Source of the DNA: an uncultured Aestuariivirga sp.
GTDB lineage: Bacteria > Pseudomonadota > Alphaproteobacteria > Rhizobiales > Aestuariivirgaceae
Assembly (NCBI GenBank): GCA_964244855.1
Contig: CAXTLE010000001.1
Span: 1 to 45,196 of the forward strand
Length of the DNA: 45,196 bases
Direction of reading: 5' to 3'
Notes under the pieces: generated by a model
Seen by the model: only the letters and a program-made list of their open reading frames with translations
Database searches by the model: none
What the model was told of the DNA's origin: nothing
Shown: positions 1 through 9,141 of the stretch, piece by piece
Position numbering within the stretch: position 1 is the stretch's first letter
Layout: every line of letters begins with the position of its first letter
Position numbers and translations under genes: made by a program

Positions 1-1
1 G

Positions 2-1081
2 AAGCTTGAGGCTGTTGTCGTCGACCCGGCGTCGAACTGGCCGCTGTTTGCGGAAAAGGCCCGCGAGCTGATCACCAAGAACAAGGTCGCCGTCGTGTTC
101 GGCTGCTGGACCTCGGTGTCGCGCAAATCCGTGCTCCCGGTATTCAAGGAGCTCAACAACATCCTGTTCTACCCCGTGCAGTACGAGGGTGAAGAGAGCG
201 AGCGCAACGTGTTCTACACGGGTGCGGCGCCGAACCAGCAGGCGATCCCTGCGGTCGATTATCTGATGAAGGACGAGAAGGTGAAGCGCTGGGTGCTGGC
301 CGGCACCGACTACGTCTATCCGCGCACCACCAACAAGATCCTCGAAGCCTACTTGAAGTCGAAGGGCGTCAAGCAGGAAGACATCATGATCAACTACACG
401 CCGTTCGGTCATAGTGACTGGCAGACGATCGTGGCCGACATCAAGAAGTTCGGCTCGGCCGGCAAGAAGACCGCCGTGGTCTCCACCATCAACGGCGACG
501 CCAACGTGCCCTTCTACAAGGAACTGGGCCAACAGGGTGTGGCCGCCACCGATATTCCGGTTGTCGCCTTCTCCGTGGGGGAAGAAGAACTGGCGGGCAT
601 CGACAAGGGGCCGCTGGTGGGTCACCTCGCGGCGTGGAACTATTTCATGTCCATCGACAATCCGACGAATGCTGCCTTCATCAAGGACTGGAAAACCTTC
701 ATCAAGGATGAAAAGCGCGTGACCAACGATCCGATGGAAGCGCATTTCATTGGCTTCAACATGTGGGTGAAAGCCGTTGAGAAAGCAGGCTCCACGGATA
801 CCGATCCAGTGTCTGCTGCCATCATCGGCGTGTCGGTGCCGAACCTGTCGGGTGCTTACTCCACCATGATGCCGAACCATCACATTACCAAGCCCGTGCT
901 GATCGGTGAAATCCAGGAAACCGGACAGTTTGAAATTGTCTGGCAAACGCCGGGTCTGGTCGTCGGTGATGAATGGTCGGATTTCCTGCCCGACTCGAAA
1001 GACCTGATTTCCGATTGGCGCGCCCCCATGTCTTGCGGCAACTTCAATGTGAAGCTGGGCAAGTGCGGTGGCGCTGGTTGA
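2..1081 (+). CDS. urtA: Urea ABC transporter substrate-binding protein (5' end outside window)
   Basis: Frame is open from base 2 (KLEAVVVDPASNWPLFAEKARELI...FGCWTSVSRKS). Shows UrtA-type motifs YPVQYEG, TGAAPNQQ, GTDYVYPRTTN and STINGDAN. Followed by urtBCDE. Confidence 0.95.
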   Translation, partial: KLEAVVVDPASNWPLFAEKARELITKNKVAVVFGCWTSVSRKSVLPVFKELNNILFYPVQYEGEESERNVFYTGAAPNQQAIPAVDYLMKDEKVKRWVLAGTDYVYPRTTNKILEAYLKSKGVKQEDIMINYTPFGHSDWQTIVADIKKFGSAGKKTAVVSTINGDANVPFYKELGQQGVAATDIPVVAFSVGEEELAGIDKGPLVGHLAAWNYFMSIDNPTNAAFIKDWKTFIKDEKRVTNDPMEAHFIGFNMWVKAVEKAGSTDTDPVSAAIIGVSVPNLSGAYSTMMPNHHITKPVLIGEIQETGQFEIVWQTPGLVVGDEWSDFLPDSKDLISDWRAPMSCGNFNVKLGKCGGAG

Positions 1082-1093
1082 TTGAGGCCTTCT

Positions 1094-1216
1094 CCCTCCC
1101 CCTTGTGGGGAGGGCCGGAGTGGGGGTCGTTCTCCACTTCGAATCTGGCAAAGAATTCGTTCTTACATTTGCGTTCTGAGCGACCCCCACCCTAACCCTC
1201 CCCACAAGGGGGAGGG
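1094..1216. repeat. ~123-bp intergenic element with ~39-bp imperfect terminal inverted repeats (alphaproteobacterial palindromic repeat, MITE-like)
   Basis: Left arm 1094-1132 is CCCTCCCCCTTGTGGGGAGGGccggaGTGGGGGTCGtTC. The reverse complement of the right arm 1178-1216 is CCCTCCCCCTTGTGGGGAGGGttaggGTGGGGGTCGcTC. Each arm is itself a hairpin. The central spacer is AT-richer and has GAATC at 1141. Confidence 0.85.
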
Positions 1217-1243
1217 GACTTTCAGAGATTGTATTTGGCCGCC

Positions 1244-2842
1244 ATGCGCCACTTCTTTGCATTTTTGTTTCTCCTCGTCCTCTCCGTCTCTGCCTTCGCG
1301 CAAGACGTGGGTGCGCTTGTCAACGCGCTTGGCCCCGGAGATTTCAAACAGCGGGAAGCAGCTGTTGCGGCGCTTGCGGCATCCGGCAGTGAGGCAACAG
1401 TGCCAGTGCTTGAAGCGCTCGGTGCCAACAATCTCTATATTCGCAAATCTGACAAAAAGGTTTTCATCACTGCTGCAAAAGGCGATGTGTTGGCGCTCAC
1501 CGATCCTGTCACTATGGCCGCAGCGGGTGAGGCACCGAAGTCCGACCTCGACAAGGTCAAGGTCAACAATGCACTGAGGAAGTTGATCCAAAATACGCTG
1601 GGTGGCCTGACGCTGTTCAGCGCTGATATCGAGGTGCGCAAAAAGGCTGCTGCAAATATTTTGAAATCGGGTGATGCGTCGGCTTTGCCTGCTTTGGAAA
1701 AAGCCATGGTCGCGGAAAAAGACCCGGATTTGCTGGCGCTGTTGAAACAAGCCGCCGCCGCCGCGACCTTGAAAAGCGATCGGCCAGAGGCTGATAAAAT
1801 GGCGGCGATTGAGGTTTTGAAAACCCGCACCGACCGTGACACGTCGGCCTTGCTCAAGGCCTTTGCTGCGACGTCTGATGGCGGCCTGAAGGCTGCGGCA
1901 CAGGCAGCGGCAGAAGGGATCGAAAGCGGCCAGGCCAAGTGGGCGGCGATCCAGAATATCTGGTACGGTTTGTCGCTTGCGTCTGTCTTGCTGCTGGCCG
2001 CCATTGGTCTCGCCATCACCTTCGGCGTCATGGGTATCATCAACATGGCACATGGCGAAATGGTCATGCTGGGGGCTTACACAACTTACGTGGTGCAGGG
2101 TGCGATTGCAGCTTACGCGCCTGATATCATGCCGATCTCGCTGTTGCTGGCGATACCTGCGGCCTTTCTGGTTTCAGGTGGAGTGGGTGTCGCGATGGAA
2201 CGCACGATCATCCGCTTTCTCTATGGCCGTCCTTTGGAAACCCTGTTGGCGAGCTGGGGCATATCGCTGATCTTGCAACAAGCGGTGCGATCCATTTTCG
2301 GTCCGACCAACAAGGAAGTCACACAACCGGATTGGATGAATGGTTCCATTGAACTTGCAGGTGGCCTTGCTTTGACGATGAACCGTGTGGTGATTTTGAT
2401 TTTTGCGCTTGTGGTATTTTTCGGATTGATGGCGCTGATGAAGAAAACCCCAATCGGTTTGCAGATGCGCGCCGTCACGCAAAACCGCCCCATGGCCAAT
2501 GCCATGGGCATTCGTTCGTCTTGGGTGGATGCGATGACCTTTGGTTTGGGCTCCGGCATCGCGGGCCTTGCAGGCGTGGCCCTGTCGCAGATTGACAACG
2601 TCAGTCCCAATCTTGGGCAGAGCTACATCATCGATTCATTTTTGGTTGTGGTCTTCGGTGGCGTTGGAAATCTCTGGGGCACATTGGCCGGCGCTCTGAC
2701 ACTGGGTGTAGCTAACAAATTCCTCGAGCCTTTTGCGGGTGCTGTACTCGGCAAGATCATCATCCTCGTTGCAGTCATTGTCTTCATTCAAAAACGCCCA
2801 CGTGGACTGTTCGCCCTGAAGGGCCGTTGGGTGGACGCATGA
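1244..2842 (+). CDS. urtB: Urea ABC transporter permease with N-terminal periplasmic domain
   Basis: ATG 1244 gives a signal peptide (MRHFFAFLFLLVLSVSAFA). C-terminal LivH-like permease with GLAITFGVMGIINMAHGE and FLYGRPLETLLASWG. Operon position. Confidence 0.93.
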   Translation: MRHFFAFLFLLVLSVSAFAQDVGALVNALGPGDFKQREAAVAALAASGSEATVPVLEALGANNLYIRKSDKKVFITAAKGDVLALTDPVTMAAAGEAPKSDLDKVKVNNALRKLIQNTLGGLTLFSADIEVRKKAAANILKSGDASALPALEKAMVAEKDPDLLALLKQAAAAATLKSDRPEADKMAAIEVLKTRTDRDTSALLKAFAATSDGGLKAAAQAAAEGIESGQAKWAAIQNIWYGLSLASVLLLAAIGLAITFGVMGIINMAHGEMVMLGAYTTYVVQGAIAAYAPDIMPISLLLAIPAAFLVSGGVGVAMERTIIRFLYGRPLETLLASWGISLILQQAVRSIFGPTNKEVTQPDWMNGSIELAGGLALTMNRVVILIFALVVFFGLMALMKKTPIGLQMRAVTQNRPMANAMGIRSSWVDAMTFGLGSGIAGLAGVALSQIDNVSPNLGQSYIIDSFLVVVFGGVGNLWGTLAGALTLGVANKFLEPFAGAVLGKIIILVAVIVFIQKRPRGLFALKGRWVDA

Positions 2843-3957
2843 TCAGCCAACCCACAACGCCATTGCTGGGCCCTGGCGGGCAGATATTCTTGGGCATTGT
2901 TCTTGCTGCGGGCGTGATCATTCCGGCGTTGAATTTGTTTCTGCCGGAAACCTCGGCTCCGCATGTGCCGGATTACATGGTCACCCTGCTCGGCAAATAT
3001 CTGTGCTACGCGCTTCTCGCCCTTGCAGTGGATCTGGTCTGGGGTTTTGCCGGCATTCTGAGTCTGGGCCACGGTGCGTTCTTTGCCTTGGGTGGCTATG
3101 TCATGGGCATGTATATGATGCGCCAGATCGGCACGCGGGGCGTTTATGGCAATCCGGACCTGCCGGACTTCATGGTGTTCCTGAACTGGAAGGAGATGCC
3201 GTGGTACTGGCATGGCTTTGAATATTTCCCCTTTGCACTGGTGATGATTTTGTTTGTTCCGGGACTTCTGGCTTTCGTCTTCGGTTTTCTTGCGTTTCGG
3301 TCGCGCGTTACCGGTGTCTATTTGTCGATCATTACGCAGGCCATGACCTTCGCACTGTTGCTGGCCTTCTTCCGCAACGACATGGGTTTTGGCGGCAACA
3401 ATGGTTTGACTGACTTCAAGGATATTCTGGGCTTCTCCGTGCAGGCACCTTCGACACGCGGCGTGTTGTTCTTCTTGTCCGCGCTGGCACTTGCAGCATG
3501 CTTTGTGATTGCACGCAAAATAGTATCCTCAAAACTAGGCCTCATTCTCGTCAGCATTCGCGACGCAGAATCGCGCACCCGATTTTTGGGCTACCGTGTT
3601 GAGCACTACAAACTCTTCGTCTTCGTTATCTCCGCATTGATGGCAGGTGTGGCGGGTGCGCTCTATGTACCGCAAGTCGGCATCATCAATCCGTCGGAAT
3701 TCTCACCGGAGAATTCGATTGAGACCGTGATCTGGACGGCTTTCGGCGGGCGCGGCACTTTGTGGGGTGCCGCCCTCGGAGCCATTGTCATCAACGCGGC
3801 CAAGAGTTGGCTCACAGGTGTGATGCCGGATGCGTGGCTCTTCATGCTGGGTGGATTGTTCATTGTGGTGACCCTTTTCATGCCGAAAGGATTGGCTGGC
3901 CTGTTCGCAGGCTGGCGCAAATCTGCTCCCACCCTTGTAACACAGGCTGCCGAATGA
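2839..3957 (+). CDS. urtC: Urea ABC transporter permease
   Basis: ATGA overlap with the urtB stop. Motifs DLVWGFAGILSLGHG, LPDFMVFLNW, RVTGVYLSIITQA and GGNNGLTDFK. Confidence 0.93.
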   Translation: MISQPTTPLLGPGGQIFLGIVLAAGVIIPALNLFLPETSAPHVPDYMVTLLGKYLCYALLALAVDLVWGFAGILSLGHGAFFALGGYVMGMYMMRQIGTRGVYGNPDLPDFMVFLNWKEMPWYWHGFEYFPFALVMILFVPGLLAFVFGFLAFRSRVTGVYLSIITQAMTFALLLAFFRNDMGFGGNNGLTDFKDILGFSVQAPSTRGVLFFLSALALAACFVIARKIVSSKLGLILVSIRDAESRTRFLGYRVEHYKLFVFVISALMAGVAGALYVPQVGIINPSEFSPENSIETVIWTAFGGRGTLWGAALGAIVINAAKSWLTGVMPDAWLFMLGGLFIVVTLFMPKGLAGLFAGWRKSAPTLVTQAAE

Positions 3958-4715
3958 CCGCCGTTGCGAAACACGAACTCGCAGAAACACTGCTTTTCCT
4001 TGAAGGTGTCAGCGTCTCCTTTGATGGTTTCAAGGCGCTCAACAATCTCGACCTTGATGTAGCGCGCGGTGAAATGCGCGCCATCATCGGCCCCAATGGT
4101 GCCGGCAAAACCACCATGATGGACGTGATCACCGGCAAGACCAGGCCCGATGAAGGCCGCGTGCTGTTCAACAATATCGATCTCACGCGGTTGGACGAGG
4201 CTGCTATTGCCAATATTGGCATCGGTCGCAAATTCCAGAAGCCCACAGTGTTTGACAATCACACGGTATGGGACAATCTCGAACTGGCGCTTAAGACCAA
4301 TCGCTCGCCCTGGGCATCGTTGGGCTGGAAACTGGCGAGTGGCGACAAGGATCAGATTGTTGAAACGCTGGAGCGTATCAACCTGAAACCTGCTTTCGCC
4401 ACACGTGCTGGCAGCCTGTCACACGGGCAAAAGCAATGGCTCGAAATCGGCATGTTGCTGATGCAGCAGCCGGACCTGTTACTGGTCGATGAGCCTGTGG
4501 CAGGCATGACCGATGCCGAAACTGAAAAGACCGCGAACATGCTCCGCGTCATCGCACAGACGCGTTCTGTCGTCGTGGTTGAACATGATATGACATTCAT
4601 CCGTGCACTGAATGTTAGGGTGACCGTGCTGCATGAAGGCTCGGTACTGGCTGAAGGCAGTCTCGACACGGTACAGAACGACCAACGCGTCATTGATGTT
4701 TATCTGGGGCGCTGA
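3954..4715 (+). CDS. urtD: Urea ABC transporter ATP-binding protein
   Basis: Start overlaps the urtC stop. Walker A GPNGAGKT, GIGRKFQKP, LSHGQKQWLEIG, Walker B LLVDEP. Confidence 0.93.
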   Translation: MTAVAKHELAETLLFLEGVSVSFDGFKALNNLDLDVARGEMRAIIGPNGAGKTTMMDVITGKTRPDEGRVLFNNIDLTRLDEAAIANIGIGRKFQKPTVFDNHTVWDNLELALKTNRSPWASLGWKLASGDKDQIVETLERINLKPAFATRAGSLSHGQKQWLEIGMLLMQQPDLLLVDEPVAGMTDAETEKTANMLRVIAQTRSVVVVEHDMTFIRALNVRVTVLHEGSVLAEGSLDTVQNDQRVIDVYLGR

Positions 4716-4718
4716 CTG

Positions 4719-5414
4719 ATGTTGAATGTCTCGAATATTGATTTGTTCTATGGTGCCAGTCAGGCGCTGCATGGGGTTTCCGTTGCAGCAGAACAGGGAA
4801 AGGTCACCTGTATCCTGGGACGAAATGGCGTGGGCAAGACCAGTCTCATCCGCGCCATATCCGGTCTGTCATCCACACGAGCCGGATCGCTCATGTTCAG
4901 TGGCCGCGACATCACCAAAATGCCAACTGCCGAACGCGCGAAAATCGGCATCGCGCTGGTGCCACAGGGACGCGAGATCTTCTCGCAGCTCACCGTCGAA
5001 GAAAATCTGAAAACCGGATTCGGCATTCTGCCACGCAAGGACAGGAATTTTCCGGAGGAATTGTTTGATCTGTTCCCAGCGTTGAAGTCGATGCTTAATC
5101 GCAGGGGAGGCGACCTGTCAGGCGGCCAGCAACAACAACTCGCCATCGCCCGTGCCCTGGTGATGCGACCGAAACTTCTGCTTCTTGATGAACCAACTGA
5201 AGGCATCCAACCCTCCATCATCAAGGACATAGAACGTGTCATCGCGCTTCTCCGCGACCGGGGGAACATGGCGATTGTGCTGGTCGAGCAATATTTCGAT
5301 TTCGCCAAACGTCTGGCCGATAATTTCATCGTGCTGGACCGGGGGCGCACTGTGTTGGCAGGTGACCGCAACGTGCTGGAATCCACTGACGTGAGAACAC
5401 ATTTGACGGTTTAA
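4719..5414 (+). CDS. urtE: Urea ABC transporter ATP-binding protein
   Basis: Walker A GRNGVGKT, VPQGREIF, signature LSGGQQQQ, DEPTEGIQPSII, VEQY. Confidence 0.93.
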   Translation: MLNVSNIDLFYGASQALHGVSVAAEQGKVTCILGRNGVGKTSLIRAISGLSSTRAGSLMFSGRDITKMPTAERAKIGIALVPQGREIFSQLTVEENLKTGFGILPRKDRNFPEELFDLFPALKSMLNRRGGDLSGGQQQQLAIARALVMRPKLLLLDEPTEGIQPSIIKDIERVIALLRDRGNMAIVLVEQYFDFAKRLADNFIVLDRGRTVLAGDRNVLESTDVRTHLTV

Positions 5415-5616
5415 AACGTTGAATTTTTTCTCCAAATACTGGACGTGAATTCGGATTTTCTTCAAAGGCAGCATTCCAGACTATCAACCAGAGAGATCAT
5501 GCAATTTGCGGAATCCTGTGTTTGCGGAATTGCGGATCAATGCGGCCAAATTTACCACAAATATTCCAAAAACACAGATACACTCTCCATGAAAGATCGC
5601 AGTGAACGTAAATAAT

Positions 5617-8600
5617 TCATCCCGCACTCTCCCACTCCGCCACGAGGTCTTTCGCTTCCACTTGATCGCCCGGCTTGACATGGAGCGCTGCTATTGTGCC
5701 TGCCCGGTCTGCCGTGAGAGCCGACTGCATTTTCATGGCCTCGAGTTGCAGGATGATGTCTCCCTTTACCAGTTTCCGGCCGATTTTGGCGACCACGCCG
5801 ATGACAAGCCCCGGCATGGGGGCAGCGATGTGAGACACATTTGTGACGTCAGCCTTGGGGCGTGCAGACGTGATGGCTTTGGCCTTGCGATCCGGCACGC
5901 TGATTTCGCGGGGTTGGCCATTCAGTTCGAAAAACACTTTCACATGCCCCGTATCTGATGTTGCGCCAACAGTGAGCAACATGATCTCCAGCCGTTTGCC
6001 GGGGTCAATTTCGGTGGTGATCTGTTCACCGGGCTGCATGCCATAGAAAAACGTGTGTGTGGGAAGCGCACGGACAGGACCGTAGGTCCTGTGACGGGCG
6101 CGATAGTCCATGAAGACTTTGGGATACATCAGGTATCCGTTCAGGTCTTCATCGTCGAGTACATCATCTTCATTATCCTCGATGCCAATTTTCAAATCGG
6201 CTTTTACCTTGCTACGGATGGCAGTAATGTCGGCGGACGCAAGCGCTGCACCGGGTCGTGTTGTGAGAGCCGTTTCGCCCTTCAGCACTTTGTTGGAAAT
6301 GGCTTCGGGCCAACCACCTTCCGGCTGACCAAGATTACCCTTCAGCATATCGACGACGGATTCGGGGAATGCGATTTCAGTGTCGGGATCTTCGACCTGT
6401 TGGCGGCTTATGCCTTGTGAGACCATCATCAAAGCCATGTCGCCCACAACTTTTGATGAGGGCGTAACCTTGACAATGTCACCGAATATCATGTTGGCAT
6501 CAGCATAGGCCTGCGCCACATCGGGCCAGCGTTCTTCCAGGCCCATGCCGCGGGCCTGGGCTTTCAGGTTGGTGAATTGGCCGCCAGGCATTTCGTGGAG
6601 ATAGACATCTGACGCGGGTGCTGCGAGACCGCTTTCAAACGCCGCGTATTGACCGCGCACCTGTTCCCAATAATCCGAAATGGCACGCACGGATTTTATA
6701 TTGAGTCCTGTGTCGCGCTCCATGTGTCGCAAGGATTCGACAATGGAGCCGAGGCATGGTTGTGAGGTGCCACCGGAGAATGCATCCATGGCGGCATCAA
6801 CTGCATCAACACCCGCATCAGCTGCGGCCAATATGGTGGAGGCAGCAATCCCCGAGGTGTCATGAGTGTGGAAATGAATGGGAAGGCTGGTTTCGTCTTT
6901 CAATGCCTTGATCAACACCCGGGCGGCGGCGGGCTTGAGCAATCCCGCCATGTCCTTCAGGCCAAGAACATGAGAACCTGCTTTCTCCAATTCTTTTGCC
7001 TTGCGCAGATAATATTTGAGATCATATTTTGAACGGGCCGGATCCAGAATATCGCCCGTATAACAGATCGTCCCCTCACAAATCCGTCCAGCCTCGTTCA
7101 CGGCGTCCATGGCCACGCGCATGTTTTCAACCCAGTTCAGAGAGTCAAACACGCGGAATACATCCACACCGGTTTTTGCTGCTTGAGCAACGAAGCCCTT
7201 CACCACATTGTCGGGATAAGTTGTGTAGCCAACTGCATTGGCCCCGCGAAGCAACATTTGCAGCAGGTGATTGGGCATGGCCACGCGCAAATCACGCAGG
7301 CGCTGCCATGGGCATTCCTGCAAGAACCGATAGGCCACGTCAAACGTCGCGCCGCCCCAACACTCGACAGAAAACAGTTGTGGCAGATTGCCCGCATATG
7401 CAGGTGCCACGCGTAGCATATCAATCGAGCGCATGCGCGTCGCCAGCAAACTTTGGTGGCCATCTCGCATGGTCGTGTCGGTGATGAGCAGGCGTTTCTC
7501 CGCCTTCATCCATTGCGCAACAACATTTGGTCCTTGCTGCAACAGCATTTGTCTCAAGCCATGATCCGGGACATCTTCTGCATGGGGCGGACGTGGCACA
7601 TGAGTTCGGGCATTTGGCGCCGGGCGTCCCGCCGTTTCCGGATGCCCGTTCACTGTGATGTCGGCAATATAAGTCAGGATTTTTGTGGCCCGGTCACGCC
7701 GCGTCTTGAACACAAAGAGTTCAGGCGATGTATCGATAAACTTGGTGGTACAGGTGTCGTTAAGGAAACTTGGATGTTTCAGTAAATTTTCGACGAAGGC
7801 AATGTTGGTGGCAACACCGCGGATGCGGAATTCACGAAGCGCCCGGTCCATGCGGGCAATGGCTTTTTCAGGCGTCGGGGCTGTGGCGATCATCTTGACC
7901 AGCAGCGAGTCATAATGACGTGTGACAACTGCACCGGCATAGGCCGTACCGCCATCAAGCCTGATGCCCGGACCATTGGACGAACGATAGGCGGTGATGC
8001 GTCCGTAGTCAGGAATAAAATTATTCTGTGGATCTTCTGTGGTGATGCGACATTGGATGGCATGGCCGCGCAGTTTCACATCAGCTTGTGACGCTGTGCC
8101 TGTGGCCTCCGCCAGGGTTTTTCCCTCAGAGATCAGGATTTGTGCTTGCACAATGTCAATGCCCGTCACTTCTTCGGTGACCGTATGTTCCACCTGCACG
8201 CGCGGATTGACTTCGATGAAGTAGAAATTGTTGGTGTCGATATCCATGAGGAACTCGACTGTACCGGCACATTCATAATTCACATGGGCGCAGATTTTGC
8301 GGCCCAGTTCGCAAACTTCCTCGCGTTGTGCATCCGTCAAATAGGGCGCCGGCGCCCGCTCCACCACCTTTTGATTTCGGCGCTGCACTGTACAATCGCG
8401 CTCATAGAGATGATAGAGGCCGCCATGCCGGTCGCCAAGGATTTGCACCTCGACGTGGCGGGCGCGGGTGATCATTTTTTCAAGATAGCCCTCACCATTT
8501 CCGAATGCAGCAATCGCTTCGCGCCGTCCCTCGAGGATTTTTTCACGCAGTTCAGAAGCACCGTTGATGGCCCGCATGCCGCGGCCGCCCCCACCCCATG

Positions 8601-9084
8601 AGGCTTTCAACATCAAGGGATAACCAACCGCTGCAGCCTGCTGTTCAATCAAGTCAAAATCATCACCCAACACATCCGTGGCGGGGATGATGGGAACGCC
8701 TGCCGCCATAGCCACTTTGCGGGCAGACGCCTTGTCGCCCACAGCCCGCATGGTCCCGGCCTTGGGGCCAATAAACACGATATCTGCCGCCGTACAGGCG
8801 TCAACAAAATCGGGATTCTCAGATAACAAGCCGTATCCGGGGTGTATGGCATCCGCACCGCAGGCTTTGGCCACACGAATGATTTCGGTGATCGATAGAT
8901 AGGCTTCGACCGGCTTCAGTCCCTCGCCGATCAGATAGGCTTCATCGGCCTTGAAGCGGTGCAAGGAGAGTTTGTCTTCTTCGGCAAACACCGCGACAGT
9001 TTTCTTGCCCAACTCGTTGGCGGCGCGCATGACGCGGATGGCGATTTCCCCGCGATTGGCAATCAGTATTTTCTGAAAATCCAT
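5617..9084 (-). CDS. pyc: Pyruvate carboxylase
   Basis: Biotin carboxylase N-terminus (KILIANRGEIA, HPGYGLLSEN, ERDCTVQRRNQK). Carboxyltransferase domain (DTTMRDGHQSLLATR, WGGATFDV, HFHTHDT, HEMPGGQFTNL). Biotinyl motif EAMKM. ATG 9084 preferred over the upstream GTG 9105. Confidence 0.97.
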   Translation of the reverse strand: MDFQKILIANRGEIAIRVMRAANELGKKTVAVFAEEDKLSLHRFKADEAYLIGEGLKPVEAYLSITEIIRVAKACGADAIHPGYGLLSENPDFVDACTAADIVFIGPKAGTMRAVGDKASARKVAMAAGVPIIPATDVLGDDFDLIEQQAAAVGYPLMLKASWGGGGRGMRAINGASELREKILEGRREAIAAFGNGEGYLEKMITRARHVEVQILGDRHGGLYHLYERDCTVQRRNQKVVERAPAPYLTDAQREEVCELGRKICAHVNYECAGTVEFLMDIDTNNFYFIEVNPRVQVEHTVTEEVTGIDIVQAQILISEGKTLAEATGTASQADVKLRGHAIQCRITTEDPQNNFIPDYGRITAYRSSNGPGIRLDGGTAYAGAVVTRHYDSLLVKMIATAPTPEKAIARMDRALREFRIRGVATNIAFVENLLKHPSFLNDTCTTKFIDTSPELFVFKTRRDRATKILTYIADITVNGHPETAGRPAPNARTHVPRPPHAEDVPDHGLRQMLLQQGPNVVAQWMKAEKRLLITDTTMRDGHQSLLATRMRSIDMLRVAPAYAGNLPQLFSVECWGGATFDVAYRFLQECPWQRLRDLRVAMPNHLLQMLLRGANAVGYTTYPDNVVKGFVAQAAKTGVDVFRVFDSLNWVENMRVAMDAVNEAGRICEGTICYTGDILDPARSKYDLKYYLRKAKELEKAGSHVLGLKDMAGLLKPAAARVLIKALKDETSLPIHFHTHDTSGIAASTILAAADAGVDAVDAAMDAFSGGTSQPCLGSIVESLRHMERDTGLNIKSVRAISDYWEQVRGQYAAFESGLAAPASDVYLHEMPGGQFTNLKAQARGMGLEERWPDVAQAYADANMIFGDIVKVTPSSKVVGDMALMMVSQGISRQQVEDPDTEIAFPESVVDMLKGNLGQPEGGWPEAISNKVLKGETALTTRPGAALASADITAIRSKVKADLKIGIEDNEDDVLDDEDLNGYLMYPKVFMDYRARHRTYGPVRALPTHTFFYGMQPGEQITTEIDPGKRLEIMLLTVGATSDTGHVKVFFELNGQPREISVPDRKAKAITSARPKADVTNVSHIAAPMPGLVIGVVAKIGRKLVKGDIILQLEAMKMQSALTADRAGTIAALHVKPGDQVEAKDLVAEWESAG

Positions 9085-9141
9085 GCCTGAGTTGCCCTGC
9101 ACCACAAAATGGCCTCTACCGAAAATCTATTGTAGAATGCT

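Noticed and set aside
2-620. Apparently higher GC3 in the first part of urtA (chimera or recombination?)
   Set aside because: Judged by eye only, and explicable by codon bias in a highly expressed gene. No breakpoint can be supported.
973-1262. Short ORFs crossing the urtA-urtB gap (SLPLVGRAGVG / PLPLVGRVRVG peptides)
   Set aside because: They are translations of the palindromic repeat arms, not genes.
1244-1950. Long helical N-terminal extension on UrtB as a novel fusion
   Set aside because: Proteobacterial UrtB commonly carries this periplasmic extension.
2-5414. urt operon without urease genes
   Set aside because: The operon is cut by the window edge, so ure genes may lie just upstream or elsewhere.
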